A DNA stretch of 64,000 nt from an uncultured Sphingomonas sp. GTDB lineage: Bacteria > Pseudomonadota > Alphaproteobacteria > Sphingomonadales > Sphingomonadaceae. This document shows, one piece after another, positions 51,542 through 61,354 of the stretch (position 1 is its first letter; each line of letters begins with the position of its first letter). A model generated the notes under the pieces. That model searched no databases. It saw nothing but the letters and a program-made list of their open reading frames with translations, and was not told the origin of the DNA. The position numbers and the translations under genes were made by a program. Location: assembly GCA_963422345.1 (NCBI GenBank), contig OY729425.1, forward strand, positions 2,287,156 through 2,351,155. Reading direction: 5' to 3'.

Positions 51542-51563
51542 TTACTGACATCAATGTCAATAA
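51542..51563. promoter_or_regulatory. Palindromic operator candidate between the divergent hydrolase and SGNH genes
   Basis: TTACTGACA-TCAA-TGTCAATAA, one mismatch from perfect symmetry. Confidence 0.6.
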
Positions 51564-51794
51564 GTGATGACCGCAGCCGAAACGCGCCGTTTGCCGCGAC
51601 CCAATCTGCCAATCGCCCGGCACTCCTCACCAAAGACCTTGCCCGAAGCCCCTGTTACAAACTCCGAACTCCCACCGCCGCGCCGGGCAAAAATACGCCT
51701 GTGTCCCGTTTGGCAAATGCCCTTAGATCGCCACATAATGCCTCCAACGGGAAAATAACCTTTTCCAGATCGGCAAGCGCTTCTGAGGACGGAC

Positions 51795-52670
51795 ATGGCA
51801 TTAAGGTCGATACGAAAACTGACCCTGGCGGGAAGTGCCGCGCTTTCATTGCTCATTGCGGCGGCGGCTCCGGCGAAGACAATCCTGTTTATCGGCAACA
51901 GCTTTACCCAGGGCGCACACTCCGCGGTGCGTGCCTATCGGCCTGATCTGGTTACCGATCTCAATGGCACACGGATTGGTGGCGTGCCGGCATTGTTCAA
52001 GACCTTTGCCGACGAGGCAGGGCTGAACTTTACCGTCAGTCTTGAAACCGATGGCGGAAAGGGGCTGGAGTTCCACTATGCCACAAAGCGGCAGGTGATC
52101 GATCGCGCCTGGGATGTTGTCGTGTTGCAAGGCTTCAGCACCCTCGACCGCAAAAACCCCGGCGACCCGACGATCCATGTTGAAAATGCTGCGCTGCTGG
52201 CCGCAATGTTCAAGCGCGCCAACCCGGCAGCAGAGATCAACCTTGTATCGACCTGGTCACGCGCCGACCTGACCTATCTCTCCACCGGGCACTGGTACGG
52301 TCGGCCGATCACCGCCATGGCCGATGACCTGTCGGCCGCGACGCGGCTCGCGCTTCGGACATCCGCCAATATCAAACAGGCGGTTCCGGTTGGCGCGGCA
52401 TGGAACAGGGCCTTTGCTGAAAAGGTCGCTGATCCGAACCCCTATGATGGAACCAGCTTTGGCCAGGTCGATCTGTGGACCTATGATCAATATCACGCGA
52501 GTGCCGCAGGCTATTATCTTGAGGCGCTGGTGTTGTTTGGCAGGATTACCGGTGTTGACCCGGTCATGCTTGGCAAGCAGGAAAAGGCCGCCGACGCGCT
52601 GGGGCTTTCACCAACACTGGCCGCAGACCTGCAACGGATAGCGCGCGACACGCTGGCGGCGGAACGCTAG
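51795..52670 (+). CDS. Secreted SGNH/GDSL-like hydrolase (DUF4886-like)
   Basis: Signal peptide, ILFIGNSFT, WDVVVLQG and DQYH (DxxH). Confidence 0.7.
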   Translation: MALRSIRKLTLAGSAALSLLIAAAAPAKTILFIGNSFTQGAHSAVRAYRPDLVTDLNGTRIGGVPALFKTFADEAGLNFTVSLETDGGKGLEFHYATKRQVIDRAWDVVVLQGFSTLDRKNPGDPTIHVENAALLAAMFKRANPAAEINLVSTWSRADLTYLSTGHWYGRPITAMADDLSAATRLALRTSANIKQAVPVGAAWNRAFAEKVADPNPYDGTSFGQVDLWTYDQYHASAAGYYLEALVLFGRITGVDPVMLGKQEKAADALGLSPTLAADLQRIARDTLAAER

Positions 52671-52927
52671 ATTTCGTCATCATCCTCGATCATGATGCCA
52701 TCGCGGCGACAGGTTGCGTGACACCCCCCTTGGCAATCATGCCGGTCGCGTTGGCCGGGGTGACCGGGTATCTCGATCAGGACGTGATGACCGAGACAGC
52801 TTTGCACGACCAGCCAATCGCTGGTCATTGGCAGGGCTTGCACCCCACCGGCAAAGGCGAACCCGATGCCGCCCAGCGCCCCGGCGATGATGTTGCGGGA
52901 CGACCTAGCCAACATGTTCATTGTCAT
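52667..52927 (-). CDS. Small exported Cys/His-rich protein overlapping the ccoS 3' end
   Basis: Hydrophobic N-terminus ending GVQA, then SCLGHH, DCQGGCHATC and an acidic tail. It fills the gap on the cco strand; the start may be 52927 or 52915. Confidence 0.6.
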   Translation of the reverse strand: MTMNMLARSSRNIIAGALGGIGFAFAGGVQALPMTSDWLVVQSCLGHHVLIEIPGHPGQRDRHDCQGGCHATCRRDGIMIEDDDEI

Positions 52928-53060
52928 CGTCGATCAGGATGCGGATCGCCGCCCCGTCAAGATCATCAAACTGCGCGGACCGTACCGCCCAGAAAAATGC
53001 CGCGAGGCCTGCTAACCCCAGGGCAAGTGCAATCGGGATAAGAAAGGCAACGCCAGTCAT
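52905..53060 (-). CDS. ccoS: cbb3-type oxidase maturation protein CcoS/FixS (51 aa)
   Basis: Manual translation: MTGVAFLIPIALALGLAGLAAFFWAVRSAQFDDLDGAAIRILIDDDNEHVG. ATGA overlap with ccoI. Confidence 0.93.
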   Translation of the reverse strand: MTGVAFLIPIALALGLAGLAAFFWAVRSAQFDDLDGAAIRILIDDDNEHVG

Positions 53061-55201
53061 CGCGCCGCGCTCCGCAACCGCAGGGCGTTGGCGACAACCA
53101 GCAGGGAAGAACCCGACATCGCCAATGCCGCAATCAGCGGTGTCACCATGCCAGCCATCGCAAGCGGCACGGCAAGGAAGTTATAGACAATCGCCAGCGC
53201 GAAATTCTGCCGCACCACCCGCATGGTCCGCCGCGCCGCAACGACGGTCAGCGGCACTGGCATCAACGCGTCACCAAGGAACACGGCGTCTGCCGCCATC
53301 TGCCCGACATCGCTGGCCGATGCCGGCGCCATCGCAACCGAGGCGCGGCGCAATGCCGGTCCATCGTTAAGGCCATCACCGACCATCAGCACATGATGCC
53401 CGGCCTGCTCCAGCGCAGCGACCGCCTCATGCTTTTCCGCCGGTGACATGCGGGCGGATCCGGGAATGCCAAGGTCGGTTGCGAGTTGGTCGACCACCGC
53501 AATGCTGTCGCCCGAGACAAAACGCGGCGACAACCCGAGCGCTGACAACTGTTTGATCGCCGCGTGCGCATCCGGTCGCACGGTGTCACTGAATTCGACG
53601 CGAAAGACCGGCCCCGTGCCAATGCGAAAGACCGCTTCGGTCGATTCCGCATGGTCCGGCTCCGTGACTCGATTGACCCAGTCGGCGCGGCCAAGCCTGA
53701 TCTGATTGCGACCAAACATTGCCTCGATCCCAAGACCTGGCCGCTCATTCACGCTGCTCACCGCCACCGGGACGACCGAGCCATCCAGCGCCCTTGCGAT
53801 CGCGCGGCTCAACGGATGCCGGCTCACCCGGGCAAGGGAAAGCAACAGGCCGCGTGCGGTAGCATCACTTGGTAATCCACGGGTCGGGTGGAGCTGGCCG
53901 AGCGTCACGGTGCCGGTCTTGTCGAGCAGTACCCGGTCAACCACAGCAAGCCGTTCCAGGGCCGCGCCGTCCTTGATCAATACGCCGACACGCATCAGCG
54001 CTCCTGTGGCCACAACCTGCGCGATCGGGACGGCAAGCCCCAGCGCGCAGGGGCAGGTTATGATCAACACCGCCACCGCCGTCATCAGCGCAGCATGAAG
54101 CCCCGCCCCGGCCATCAACCAGCCAACCAGGGTCAGCGCCGCCAGTGTATGGACCGCCGGCGCGTAAAGCCGCGCAGCGCGGTCGGCGATCCGGACATAG
54201 CGCGACTTGCCCTGCCCCGCGCTCTCCATCAGCCGGGCAATATCGGCAATCGCGGTGGAAAGCCCGGTAGCCGTTGCCCGCACGACCAATGGCGCGGCCA
54301 GATTCACTGTGCCCGCAAGAACAGCAGAGCCCGTCGCAACGCTCTCGGGCAAACTCTCGCCTGTCACCAGCGCCCGATCGACGCTGCTGTCACCCTGTTC
54401 AACAATGCCATCAACGCCAATGCGCTCACCAGCCGCGATCAACACACGCATCCCCGGTGCCAGTTCTTCGGCAAGGCGCCGCTGCGTGGTACCATCTGGC
54501 AACAAGACCAGCGCATCACGCGGAACGCGCCGCAACAGCGCGGCAACACCATCTCGCGCTTTTGCCCGCATCACACTGTCAAGGGCACGTCCGGCAAGCA
54601 GGAAAAACAACAACATTACGGCGCCGTCGAAATAGGCATGGGCGCCGCCCGTCACGGTCTCATACAGGCTCATTGAAACGGTCAGCACCACGCCGATTGA
54701 AATTGGCACATCCATGTTGGTGGTACCGTGTCGAAGCGCGCGCCACGCACTCCGGAAAAACGGCTGACCGGCATAGGCAACTGTCGGCAGGGCGATGAGC
54801 GCAGAGAGCCAGTGGAACAATGCGCGCGTGCTGCCTTCGGCGCCCGACCAGATCGATACCGACAACAGCATGATGTTCATTGCGGCGAACCCGGCCACTG
54901 CCAACGCCAGCAACAACCCGCGACTTTCAGCATCCGCTGCGCCATCCGCTTCACCTGCGAAAACATGCGCGCGAAACCCCAACCCATCAATTGCGGCGCG
55001 AAGTGCCTCTTCATCGGGCACGTCGAGATGTTCGATCACAATGCGGCCAGCGCCGAAATTTACCCGCGCCGCAATCACGCCGGGCAAGGCGACCAGTGCG
55101 CCTTCCAGCTTCGCGATACAGCCAGCGCAACGCATCCCCTCAACAACAAAGGTTGAGCGTATCGCCGCCACCCCCGGGCCGATCGCGCCGAGTGACGTCA
55201 T
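53057..55201 (-). CDS. ccoI: Cu-type P1B ATPase CcoI/FixI
   Basis: HMA motif CAGC, TGES, CPCALG, DKTGT, GDGLND. Confidence 0.93.
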   Translation of the reverse strand: MTSLGAIGPGVAAIRSTFVVEGMRCAGCIAKLEGALVALPGVIAARVNFGAGRIVIEHLDVPDEEALRAAIDGLGFRAHVFAGEADGAADAESRGLLLALAVAGFAAMNIMLLSVSIWSGAEGSTRALFHWLSALIALPTVAYAGQPFFRSAWRALRHGTTNMDVPISIGVVLTVSMSLYETVTGGAHAYFDGAVMLLFFLLAGRALDSVMRAKARDGVAALLRRVPRDALVLLPDGTTQRRLAEELAPGMRVLIAAGERIGVDGIVEQGDSSVDRALVTGESLPESVATGSAVLAGTVNLAAPLVVRATATGLSTAIADIARLMESAGQGKSRYVRIADRAARLYAPAVHTLAALTLVGWLMAGAGLHAALMTAVAVLIITCPCALGLAVPIAQVVATGALMRVGVLIKDGAALERLAVVDRVLLDKTGTVTLGQLHPTRGLPSDATARGLLLSLARVSRHPLSRAIARALDGSVVPVAVSSVNERPGLGIEAMFGRNQIRLGRADWVNRVTEPDHAESTEAVFRIGTGPVFRVEFSDTVRPDAHAAIKQLSALGLSPRFVSGDSIAVVDQLATDLGIPGSARMSPAEKHEAVAALEQAGHHVLMVGDGLNDGPALRRASVAMAPASASDVGQMAADAVFLGDALMPVPLTVVAARRTMRVVRQNFALAIVYNFLAVPLAMAGMVTPLIAALAMSGSSLLVVANALRLRSAAR

Positions 55202-55656
55202 GAATGCACTTCGTCGGCAAAGCGCGCATGGTCAGCGCCAGAAACTATGTCGATGTTGAGCAACCACCGCCCTGCCGGCAGCGCCTGCACGCTGGCATAT
55301 TGGCCGTTACCGCTGTCCTGCAAGATCAACACGCGTGCGGGCACCCGGCCGAGCGGATGGCTTGCCTCGATCGTCACATACGCGCCAGAAACCGGGCGAC
55401 CCACACGCGCCAGGGAGAGTGTCACCGTACCACCCGGGCCATTCCCCGGCTGGGCACTCCAGCCTTGATGCTTCTGCGCGCGTGCCTGTGCCAACCAGCC
55501 ATTATATTGCTGGCTAGCGACATAGCTGTTGTCGACCACCGTGCCGCCAAAAGTACGGATCGCGTCCGTTGCCATCAGCACATTCACGGCAATTACCACG
55601 CCAAAAAAAGCGCACATGATGGCTGTCATGTGCCAGCCAGTGAAGCGGCGCGTCAT
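55198..55656 (-). CDS. ccoH: FixH/CcoH family protein
   Basis: FTGWHM..FFGVVIAVNVLMA..GTVVDNSYVASQQYN. Confidence 0.9.
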   Translation of the reverse strand: MTRRFTGWHMTAIMCAFFGVVIAVNVLMATDAIRTFGGTVVDNSYVASQQYNGWLAQARAQKHQGWSAQPGNGPGGTVTLSLARVGRPVSGAYVTIEASHPLGRVPARVLILQDSGNGQYASVQALPAGRWLLNIDIVSGADHARFADEVHS

Positions 55657-57161
55657 TGGTGATCCTCCTCAGGCCGTTCAAAATAACTGGCATCACTCGC
55701 CGAGCCACCTTCAGCGTCGAGTGCGCGCGCGGTAAAACGCATTGGCACGCGCTCCTCCCCAACCCCGCTTGCCACGACGAACAGCTGGACCCGCGCCACC
55801 TGATCGGTCCCAACAGACACGTGAATGGTGCTCCCGGCATGATCGCGCCGATCATTTTCCTCCCACATCACACCATCGACGCCAGACAGGGCGAGCTCAA
55901 CCTCGCGGGGCCGCTCCTCCATGTTACGGATCTTCACGACATAGCCGTTACGGATGCTGCCATCTGACAGGCGAACCCATTGCGGATTGCGCGCCTGCGT
56001 CACGCTCAGGTCGATCCGCGTGCGATTGCCGAGCGCAAACAACATCGCCAGTCCGATGCTGGCCCAGACGGAGAAGTAGATGATGGTGCGCGGGCGCAAC
56101 AGGCGGCGCAGCGGCGACAGCGGCAACTCGCCGCGGATCGCCCGGCGCGCATCCAGGTCTGTCGTATAGCCGATCAACCGCGCAGGACGACCAACCTTCG
56201 CCATAATGTCATCACAGGCATCGATGCACAGCGCGCAGGTAATACACCCGATCTGCGGCCCCTCCCGAATATCGATGCCTGTCGGACACACCGCAACACA
56301 GGCGTTGCAATCGATGCAATCACCAACCCTGGCCGGATCGTCGGCGCCCGCAGCCATCGCCGCCAGATCAACCGAACCGCTCTTCGCGCCGGTTTCGGCC
56401 CGCTTCAGACCATGGGTGCGGGGTTCGCCACGCCAATATTTGTAGGTTACGTTCAGCGATTGCTCGTCGAGCATCGCGCTCTGGATCCGCGGCCAAGGGC
56501 ACATATAGACGCACACCTGCTCACGCATCAGCCCGCCAAGGGTGAATGTCGTGAAGGTCAGTACGGCAACAGTTGCATAGGCGACGTAGGGCGCTGTGCC
56601 TTCGACGAAAGCGCGCGCCAGGGTTGGTGCATCGGCAAAATAGAAAATCCATGCACCGCCGGTCAGTACCGCAATAAGCAGCCAGATCGCAAACTTCACG
56701 CCGCGCCGGGCGACCTTTCCGGCACTCCACGGTGCTGCCAGCAACCGCATTTGCGCATTGCGGTCCCCGTCGATCAGCCGTTCCACATGGACGAAAAGAT
56801 CGGTCCACACTGTCTGCGGGCAGGCATAGCCGCACCACGCCCGCCCGAAAGCCGAGGTAACGAGGAACAAGCCGATCGCCGCCATAATCAACAGACCGGC
56901 AACATAATAGAATTCGTGCGGCCAGATCTCGATGGCGAACATGTAGAAGCGGCGATGTGCCAAATCGACCAGCACAGCCTGGTTGGGCGCATAAGGGCCA
57001 CGATCCCACCGAAGCCAGGGCGTGATGTAATAGATCGCCAAGGTGACCGCCATGATCGCCCATTTCAAGCGACGAAACGACCCCTTCACGCTCTTCGGAA
57101 ATATTTTTCGTCGGGCCTCAAAAAAATGTTCCGGCTCTGTCAGGTCGATGGGATGGGTCAT
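55653..57161 (-). CDS. ccoG: Cytochrome c oxidase accessory protein CcoG/FixG
   Basis: GRAWCGYACPQTVW, QVCVYMCPW, CIDCNACVAVCPTGIDIR, CITCALCIDAC. Confidence 0.95.
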   Translation of the reverse strand: MTHPIDLTEPEHFFEARRKIFPKSVKGSFRRLKWAIMAVTLAIYYITPWLRWDRGPYAPNQAVLVDLAHRRFYMFAIEIWPHEFYYVAGLLIMAAIGLFLVTSAFGRAWCGYACPQTVWTDLFVHVERLIDGDRNAQMRLLAAPWSAGKVARRGVKFAIWLLIAVLTGGAWIFYFADAPTLARAFVEGTAPYVAYATVAVLTFTTFTLGGLMREQVCVYMCPWPRIQSAMLDEQSLNVTYKYWRGEPRTHGLKRAETGAKSGSVDLAAMAAGADDPARVGDCIDCNACVAVCPTGIDIREGPQIGCITCALCIDACDDIMAKVGRPARLIGYTTDLDARRAIRGELPLSPLRRLLRPRTIIYFSVWASIGLAMLFALGNRTRIDLSVTQARNPQWVRLSDGSIRNGYVVKIRNMEERPREVELALSGVDGVMWEENDRRDHAGSTIHVSVGTDQVARVQLFVVASGVGEERVPMRFTARALDAEGGSASDASYFERPEEDHQ

Positions 57162-57167
57162 GTGGCG

Positions 57168-58103
57168 TCAAGGTCTCGCAACGGGTGTCGCCGGTGTCAC
57201 CAGCGCGCTTTCAGCGACTTTCGTCGGGGAAGCCTCACCACCCCCGCGCGAGTGAACATAGACCGCGAGCATCTTGATCGTGATCGGATCAAGCCGTCGC
57301 CCCCAGGCCGGCATGATACCATAACGCGCATTGGTGATGGTCTGGGTCAACGTCTCCCGATTGCCACCATAAAGCCAGATCTGGTCGGTCAGGTTCGGGG
57401 CACCAAGCGAGCGGTTACCGCGCGCATTGTCACCATGACACACCGCGCAATTGGCGGTGAACAGTGCCGCGCCGCGCCTTGCCGATGCGTTGGCCGCATC
57501 CTGACGGGAAACAAAACGAACATAAGATACAAGGTCACTGATCTCAGCGGGCTTCAGGATACCGTCGCGACCAAATGCCGGCATTTGCGACATGCGCGTC
57601 GCGTCATCACCCGGCTGACGCACACCGTGCAGCAAGGTCTGCTGGATCGTGGCAATATCCCCGCCCCACAACCAGTCATCATCGTTGAGATTGGGGTAGC
57701 CCTTGCCTCCAGCGGCGCCCGATCCATGGCATTGCACACAATGAAGGCTGAAAGCGGAATGACCGCCCTCCTCCGCCGCGCGCTGCAAGGCCGGATTCTT
57801 CGAGATCGCCTCAATCGGCGTCTGCGCCAGCGCCTGCATTATCGGTGCCTTGCGCTGTCGATCAGCGGCCAGCTCCTTTTCAAGCTGTCCATGGCTCGTC
57901 CAGCCCAATGTCCCTGGCGTCGCCGAATTCAACCCGGGCAACGCCGGATAGAGCACACAATAGACGATGGCGAATATGATCGTCGCATAAAGAATATACA
58001 GCCACCAGCGCGGCATCGGCGTATCGAGTTCCTCGATCCCGTCCCATTCATGCCCGACGGTTTTTGTGCCGGTCGGCTGGTCGATCCGAACGCCATCAGC
58101 CAT
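57168..58103 (-). CDS. ccoP: cbb3-type cytochrome c oxidase subunit III
   Basis: GHEWDGIEELDTPMPRWW; two haem motifs, CVQCH and CAVCH. Confidence 0.96.
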   Translation of the reverse strand: MADGVRIDQPTGTKTVGHEWDGIEELDTPMPRWWLYILYATIIFAIVYCVLYPALPGLNSATPGTLGWTSHGQLEKELAADRQRKAPIMQALAQTPIEAISKNPALQRAAEEGGHSAFSLHCVQCHGSGAAGGKGYPNLNDDDWLWGGDIATIQQTLLHGVRQPGDDATRMSQMPAFGRDGILKPAEISDLVSYVRFVSRQDAANASARRGAALFTANCAVCHGDNARGNRSLGAPNLTDQIWLYGGNRETLTQTITNARYGIMPAWGRRLDPITIKMLAVYVHSRGGGEASPTKVAESALVTPATPVARP

Positions 58104-58257
58104 CGATCTGCTCCTCTTCGAAGATGCTGGTCGCAGCACGTTGATGGTCGTGCGGCGCCTGGGGCCGGAAGGTCCAGCCTATGAATGTGAGGAACGAGAC
58201 CCCCATCAGGACCAGGCCCCAGCTATCGGCAAAGGTGCGCAATGATTCGTAGATCAT
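58096..58257 (-). CDS. ccoQ: cbb3-type cytochrome c oxidase subunit CcoQ (53 aa)
   Basis: Manual translation: [53 protein letters not shown]. Lies between ccoO and ccoP. Confidence 0.92.
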   Translation of the reverse strand: MIYESLRTFADSWGLVLMGVSFLTFIGWTFRPQAPHDHQRAATSIFEEEQIDG

Positions 58258-58988
58258 TTGCTGCGCTCGCGCGGCGCCGCCGCCTTGAAATCGACCTCAG
58301 TGCCAAGCACCTGCAGATAGGCGACCAAGGCATCCATCTCGGTCAGCCGGGACGGGTTACCATCATAGTCGCGTGAAGCGGCCTTGGGATAACGTCGTGC
58401 CAGATCTGCCGCATTGCCATCACCGCCAGCCTGCCCCGCCAGATCTGCAGACGCCTTGCTGATGTCCTCGTCGCTGTAGGGAACACCGACGTGGCGCAGC
58501 GCTTTCAGATGATCACCGATATTGGCGACATCAAGATCGCGTTCCGCCAGAAAGGCATAGCGCGGCATGATCGATTCAGGCACCACCGCGCGCGGATCGA
58601 GCAAATGCTGGACGTGCCATTCATCGGAATAGCGCCCACCCACCCGCGCCAGATCTGGCCCGGTGCGCTCGGAACCCCATTGGAACGGGTGGTCGTACAT
58701 GCTTTCGGCGGCGAGGCTGTAATGGCCGTAACGCTCCACCTCGTCGCGGAACGGGCGGATCATCTGGCTGTGACAGCCATAACATCCCTCGCGGATGTAG
58801 ATGTTGCGGCCAGCCAGCTCGAGCGGCGTGTAGGGCCGCACGCCATCGACCTTGGTCACGGTCGAGTCGATCCAGAACAGCGGTGCAATCTCGACAATCC
58901 CGCCAATGGCGACGACCAGTAAAGCGAGGACAGCGAGCAATGTGACGTTGCGTTCAATTGCCTTGTGGCGGTGCAGGAAGGAAGCCAT
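58254..58988 (-). CDS. ccoO: cbb3-type cytochrome c oxidase subunit II
   Basis: [31 protein letters not shown]. Confidence 0.97.
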   Translation of the reverse strand: MASFLHRHKAIERNVTLLAVLALLVVAIGGIVEIAPLFWIDSTVTKVDGVRPYTPLELAGRNIYIREGCYGCHSQMIRPFRDEVERYGHYSLAAESMYDHPFQWGSERTGPDLARVGGRYSDEWHVQHLLDPRAVVPESIMPRYAFLAERDLDVANIGDHLKALRHVGVPYSDEDISKASADLAGQAGGDGNAADLARRYPKAASRDYDGNPSRLTEMDALVAYLQVLGTEVDFKAAAPRERSK

Positions 58989-58998
58989 TGCGCGCTCC

Positions 58999-60663
58999 TC
59001 AGTTGGTGGTCGCGGCGGCGAGCGGCATCACGGGCCGGTCGTGCTCGGGATCATAGATGGTCGTGGCGAGCGGTGCTTCGGCGCGCAGCTTGCCGGCAAT
59101 GGTCATGGCGACGTTCCAGACCATGAACAGGGCGCCGACGAAGTAGAGCAGTCCCCCGCCGATGCGCATCACATAGTATGGATGCAGCGCGGCCACGACC
59201 TCGGCGAACGAATAGACCAGGTAACCGTCCGACCCATATTCGCGCCACATCAGGCCCTGGGTAATCCCCGCCACCCACATCGAGGAAGCGTAGAGCACGA
59301 TGCCGAGCGTAGCGCACCAGAAATGCCAGTTGATCATGCGCAGCGAATAGAGGCGTTCACGGCCCCACAGACGCGGCGTCATGAAGTAGATCGCGCCGAA
59401 GGTGATCATGCCGTTCCAGCCGAGCGCGCCCGAGTGAACATGGCCAATCGTCCAGTTGGTATAGTGGCTGAGCGAGTTGACGCTCTTGATCGACATCATT
59501 GGGCCTTCGAAGGTCGACATGCCGTAAAAGGCGAGCGCGAAAACCATCATGCGGATGATCGGATCAGTCCGAATCTTGTCCCAGGCGCCGTTGAGCGTCA
59601 TCAGGCCGTTGATCATGCCACCCCAGCTCGGCATCCACAGCATCACCGAGAAGACCTCGCCCAGCGTCTGCGCCCAGTCGGGCAGCGCGGTATAATGGAG
59701 GTGATGCGGACCCGCCCAGATATAGAGGAAGATCAGCGACCAGAAATGGATGATGGACAAGCGGTAGCTGTAGATTGGTCGCTCAGCCTGCTTCGGCACG
59801 AAATAATACATCATGCCGAGGAAGCCCGCAGTCAGGAAAAATCCGACGGCGTTGTGGCCGTACCACCACTGGGTCAGGGCATCCTGTACTCCGGCAAAGG
59901 CAGAATAGGATTTCGAACCGAGCCAGGACACCGGCAACGAAATATTGTTGACCAGATGCAGCATCGCAACGGTGATGATGAAGGCGAGGTAAAACCAGTT
60001 GGCAACATAGATATGCGGTTCCGAACGCTTCACGATCGTCCCGACAAACACTGCCAGGTAACTGACCCAGACAATTGTCAGCCAGATGTCGACATACCAT
60101 TCCGGCTCGGCATATTCCTTGCCCTCGGTGACGCCCATCAGATAACCGGTGGCGGCCAGGACGATGAACAACTGATACCCCCAGAACACGAAGCGAGCCA
60201 GCGCCGGTGCAAACAGGCGCGCGCGACAGGTGCGCTGGACGATATAGAAACTGGTACAGATCAGCGCGTTGCCACCAAAAGCAAAAATCACGGCTGAGGT
60301 GTGCAACGGCCGCAAGCGACCAAAGGTTGTGAAATCATAGTTGAGATTGAGCAGCGGGAAGGCCAACTGCGAGGCGATGACGATGCCGACCAGGAAGCCA
60401 ACCACGCCCCAGAAAACCGTGGCGATCACGCCCCACCGAATGACATCGTCATAATAACGGCTCTGTACCGCCGCCCTGCCGGCAAGCGCGGCCGCCGGCT
60501 TTCCGAATTGTCGCGCGGTTACAAGACCGGCCAGCAGCGCCGCACTGGCGCAGATGGCCATATGAACGGCAAAGGCATGATCGACGGCCAGTGCCGCTGC
60601 AATCGTGCAAGCGAGGAAAAGGGCGAACCAAAGTCCACCGCGCAGTGCAATATCGTCGTCCAA
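58999..60663 (-). CDS. ccoN: cbb3-type cytochrome c oxidase subunit I
   Basis: [43 protein letters not shown]; TTG start. Confidence 0.97.
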   Translation of the reverse strand: MDDDIALRGGLWFALFLACTIAAALAVDHAFAVHMAICASAALLAGLVTARQFGKPAAALAGRAAVQSRYYDDVIRWGVIATVFWGVVGFLVGIVIASQLAFPLLNLNYDFTTFGRLRPLHTSAVIFAFGGNALICTSFYIVQRTCRARLFAPALARFVFWGYQLFIVLAATGYLMGVTEGKEYAEPEWYVDIWLTIVWVSYLAVFVGTIVKRSEPHIYVANWFYLAFIITVAMLHLVNNISLPVSWLGSKSYSAFAGVQDALTQWWYGHNAVGFFLTAGFLGMMYYFVPKQAERPIYSYRLSIIHFWSLIFLYIWAGPHHLHYTALPDWAQTLGEVFSVMLWMPSWGGMINGLMTLNGAWDKIRTDPIIRMMVFALAFYGMSTFEGPMMSIKSVNSLSHYTNWTIGHVHSGALGWNGMITFGAIYFMTPRLWGRERLYSLRMINWHFWCATLGIVLYASSMWVAGITQGLMWREYGSDGYLVYSFAEVVAALHPYYVMRIGGGLLYFVGALFMVWNVAMTIAGKLRAEAPLATTIYDPEHDRPVMPLAAATTN

Positions 60664-60742
60664 CCGGCCCTCCCGCCATTCCCGTAGCGTGGAGGTGCTA
60701 TCTTATTGGCGGCGGACCGAGCCTATGCGTATTTACCCTTAG

Positions 60743-60756
60743 TTGCGCTGCATTCC
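60743..60756 (-). promoter_or_regulatory. Degenerate FNR/FixK-like box upstream of ccoN
   Basis: The minus strand reads GGAAT-GCAG-CGCAA against the consensus TTGAT-N4-ATCAA, 80 bp upstream of ccoN. Confidence 0.35.
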
Positions 60757-60766
60757 CCGGCACGCA

Positions 60767-61342
60767 TCAGCCGCGCAACCGGGTGACATAGGCCATCACA
60801 ACAGCGCGCGCCTGTTCAAAGCTCAATTGCTGTTCGCCCCGCAGTCTCTGCCAGGCAGCAAAACTCGTCACAAGATCAAGCAATTCAAAGACTGTTGAAT
60901 TTTCCGACAAAGTTTCCGGAACAAGCGAAACCAGCCGCGCCCGCATCAGGGCGAGCATTCGATTATTCTCTTCCTGGATTGCCGGTGAGATATGGCGATG
61001 CGCATCACCGGCGCGGCGGAACGGCAACAGCCGCTCATAGGTTGCGATACGCCGCTCAACCGCCTCGATCAGTTGGCCATTCCAGTCCTGTGCGGCAAAG
61101 GGTGCCAACCAATCCTCATACTGCCGCGCCAGCACAAGGGTCATCGCGGCATAGAGCGATTCCATATCCTTGAAATGGCGAAAGACCGTTCGCAAACCAA
61201 CCTGCGCCCGGGCGGCAACCTGTTCGGCGCTCGGGGTGATGGCCCCTTCCTCGACCAGTGAGAGCATCGCCGCAACGATGCTGTCACGACTGGTCCGCGA
61301 ACGCTTGCGCCGGCCATCCTCCGGCGCCTTGGCTGACGTCAT
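60767..61342 (-). CDS. TetR/AcrR-family regulator
   Basis: N-terminal HTH: SRDSIVAAML..PSAEQVAARAQVGLRTVFRHF.DMESL. Confidence 0.9.
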   Translation of the reverse strand: MTSAKAPEDGRRKRSRTSRDSIVAAMLSLVEEGAITPSAEQVAARAQVGLRTVFRHFKDMESLYAAMTLVLARQYEDWLAPFAAQDWNGQLIEAVERRIATYERLLPFRRAGDAHRHISPAIQEENNRMLALMRARLVSLVPETLSENSTVFELLDLVTSFAAWQRLRGEQQLSFEQARAVVMAYVTRLRG

Positions 61343-61354
61343 GACATTTCGACC

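Noticed and set aside
55980-58184. 734-aa plus-strand ORF antisense to ccoG and ccoP
   Set aside because: Same in-register shadow-ORF effect (offsets 327 and 1188); no recognisable domain.
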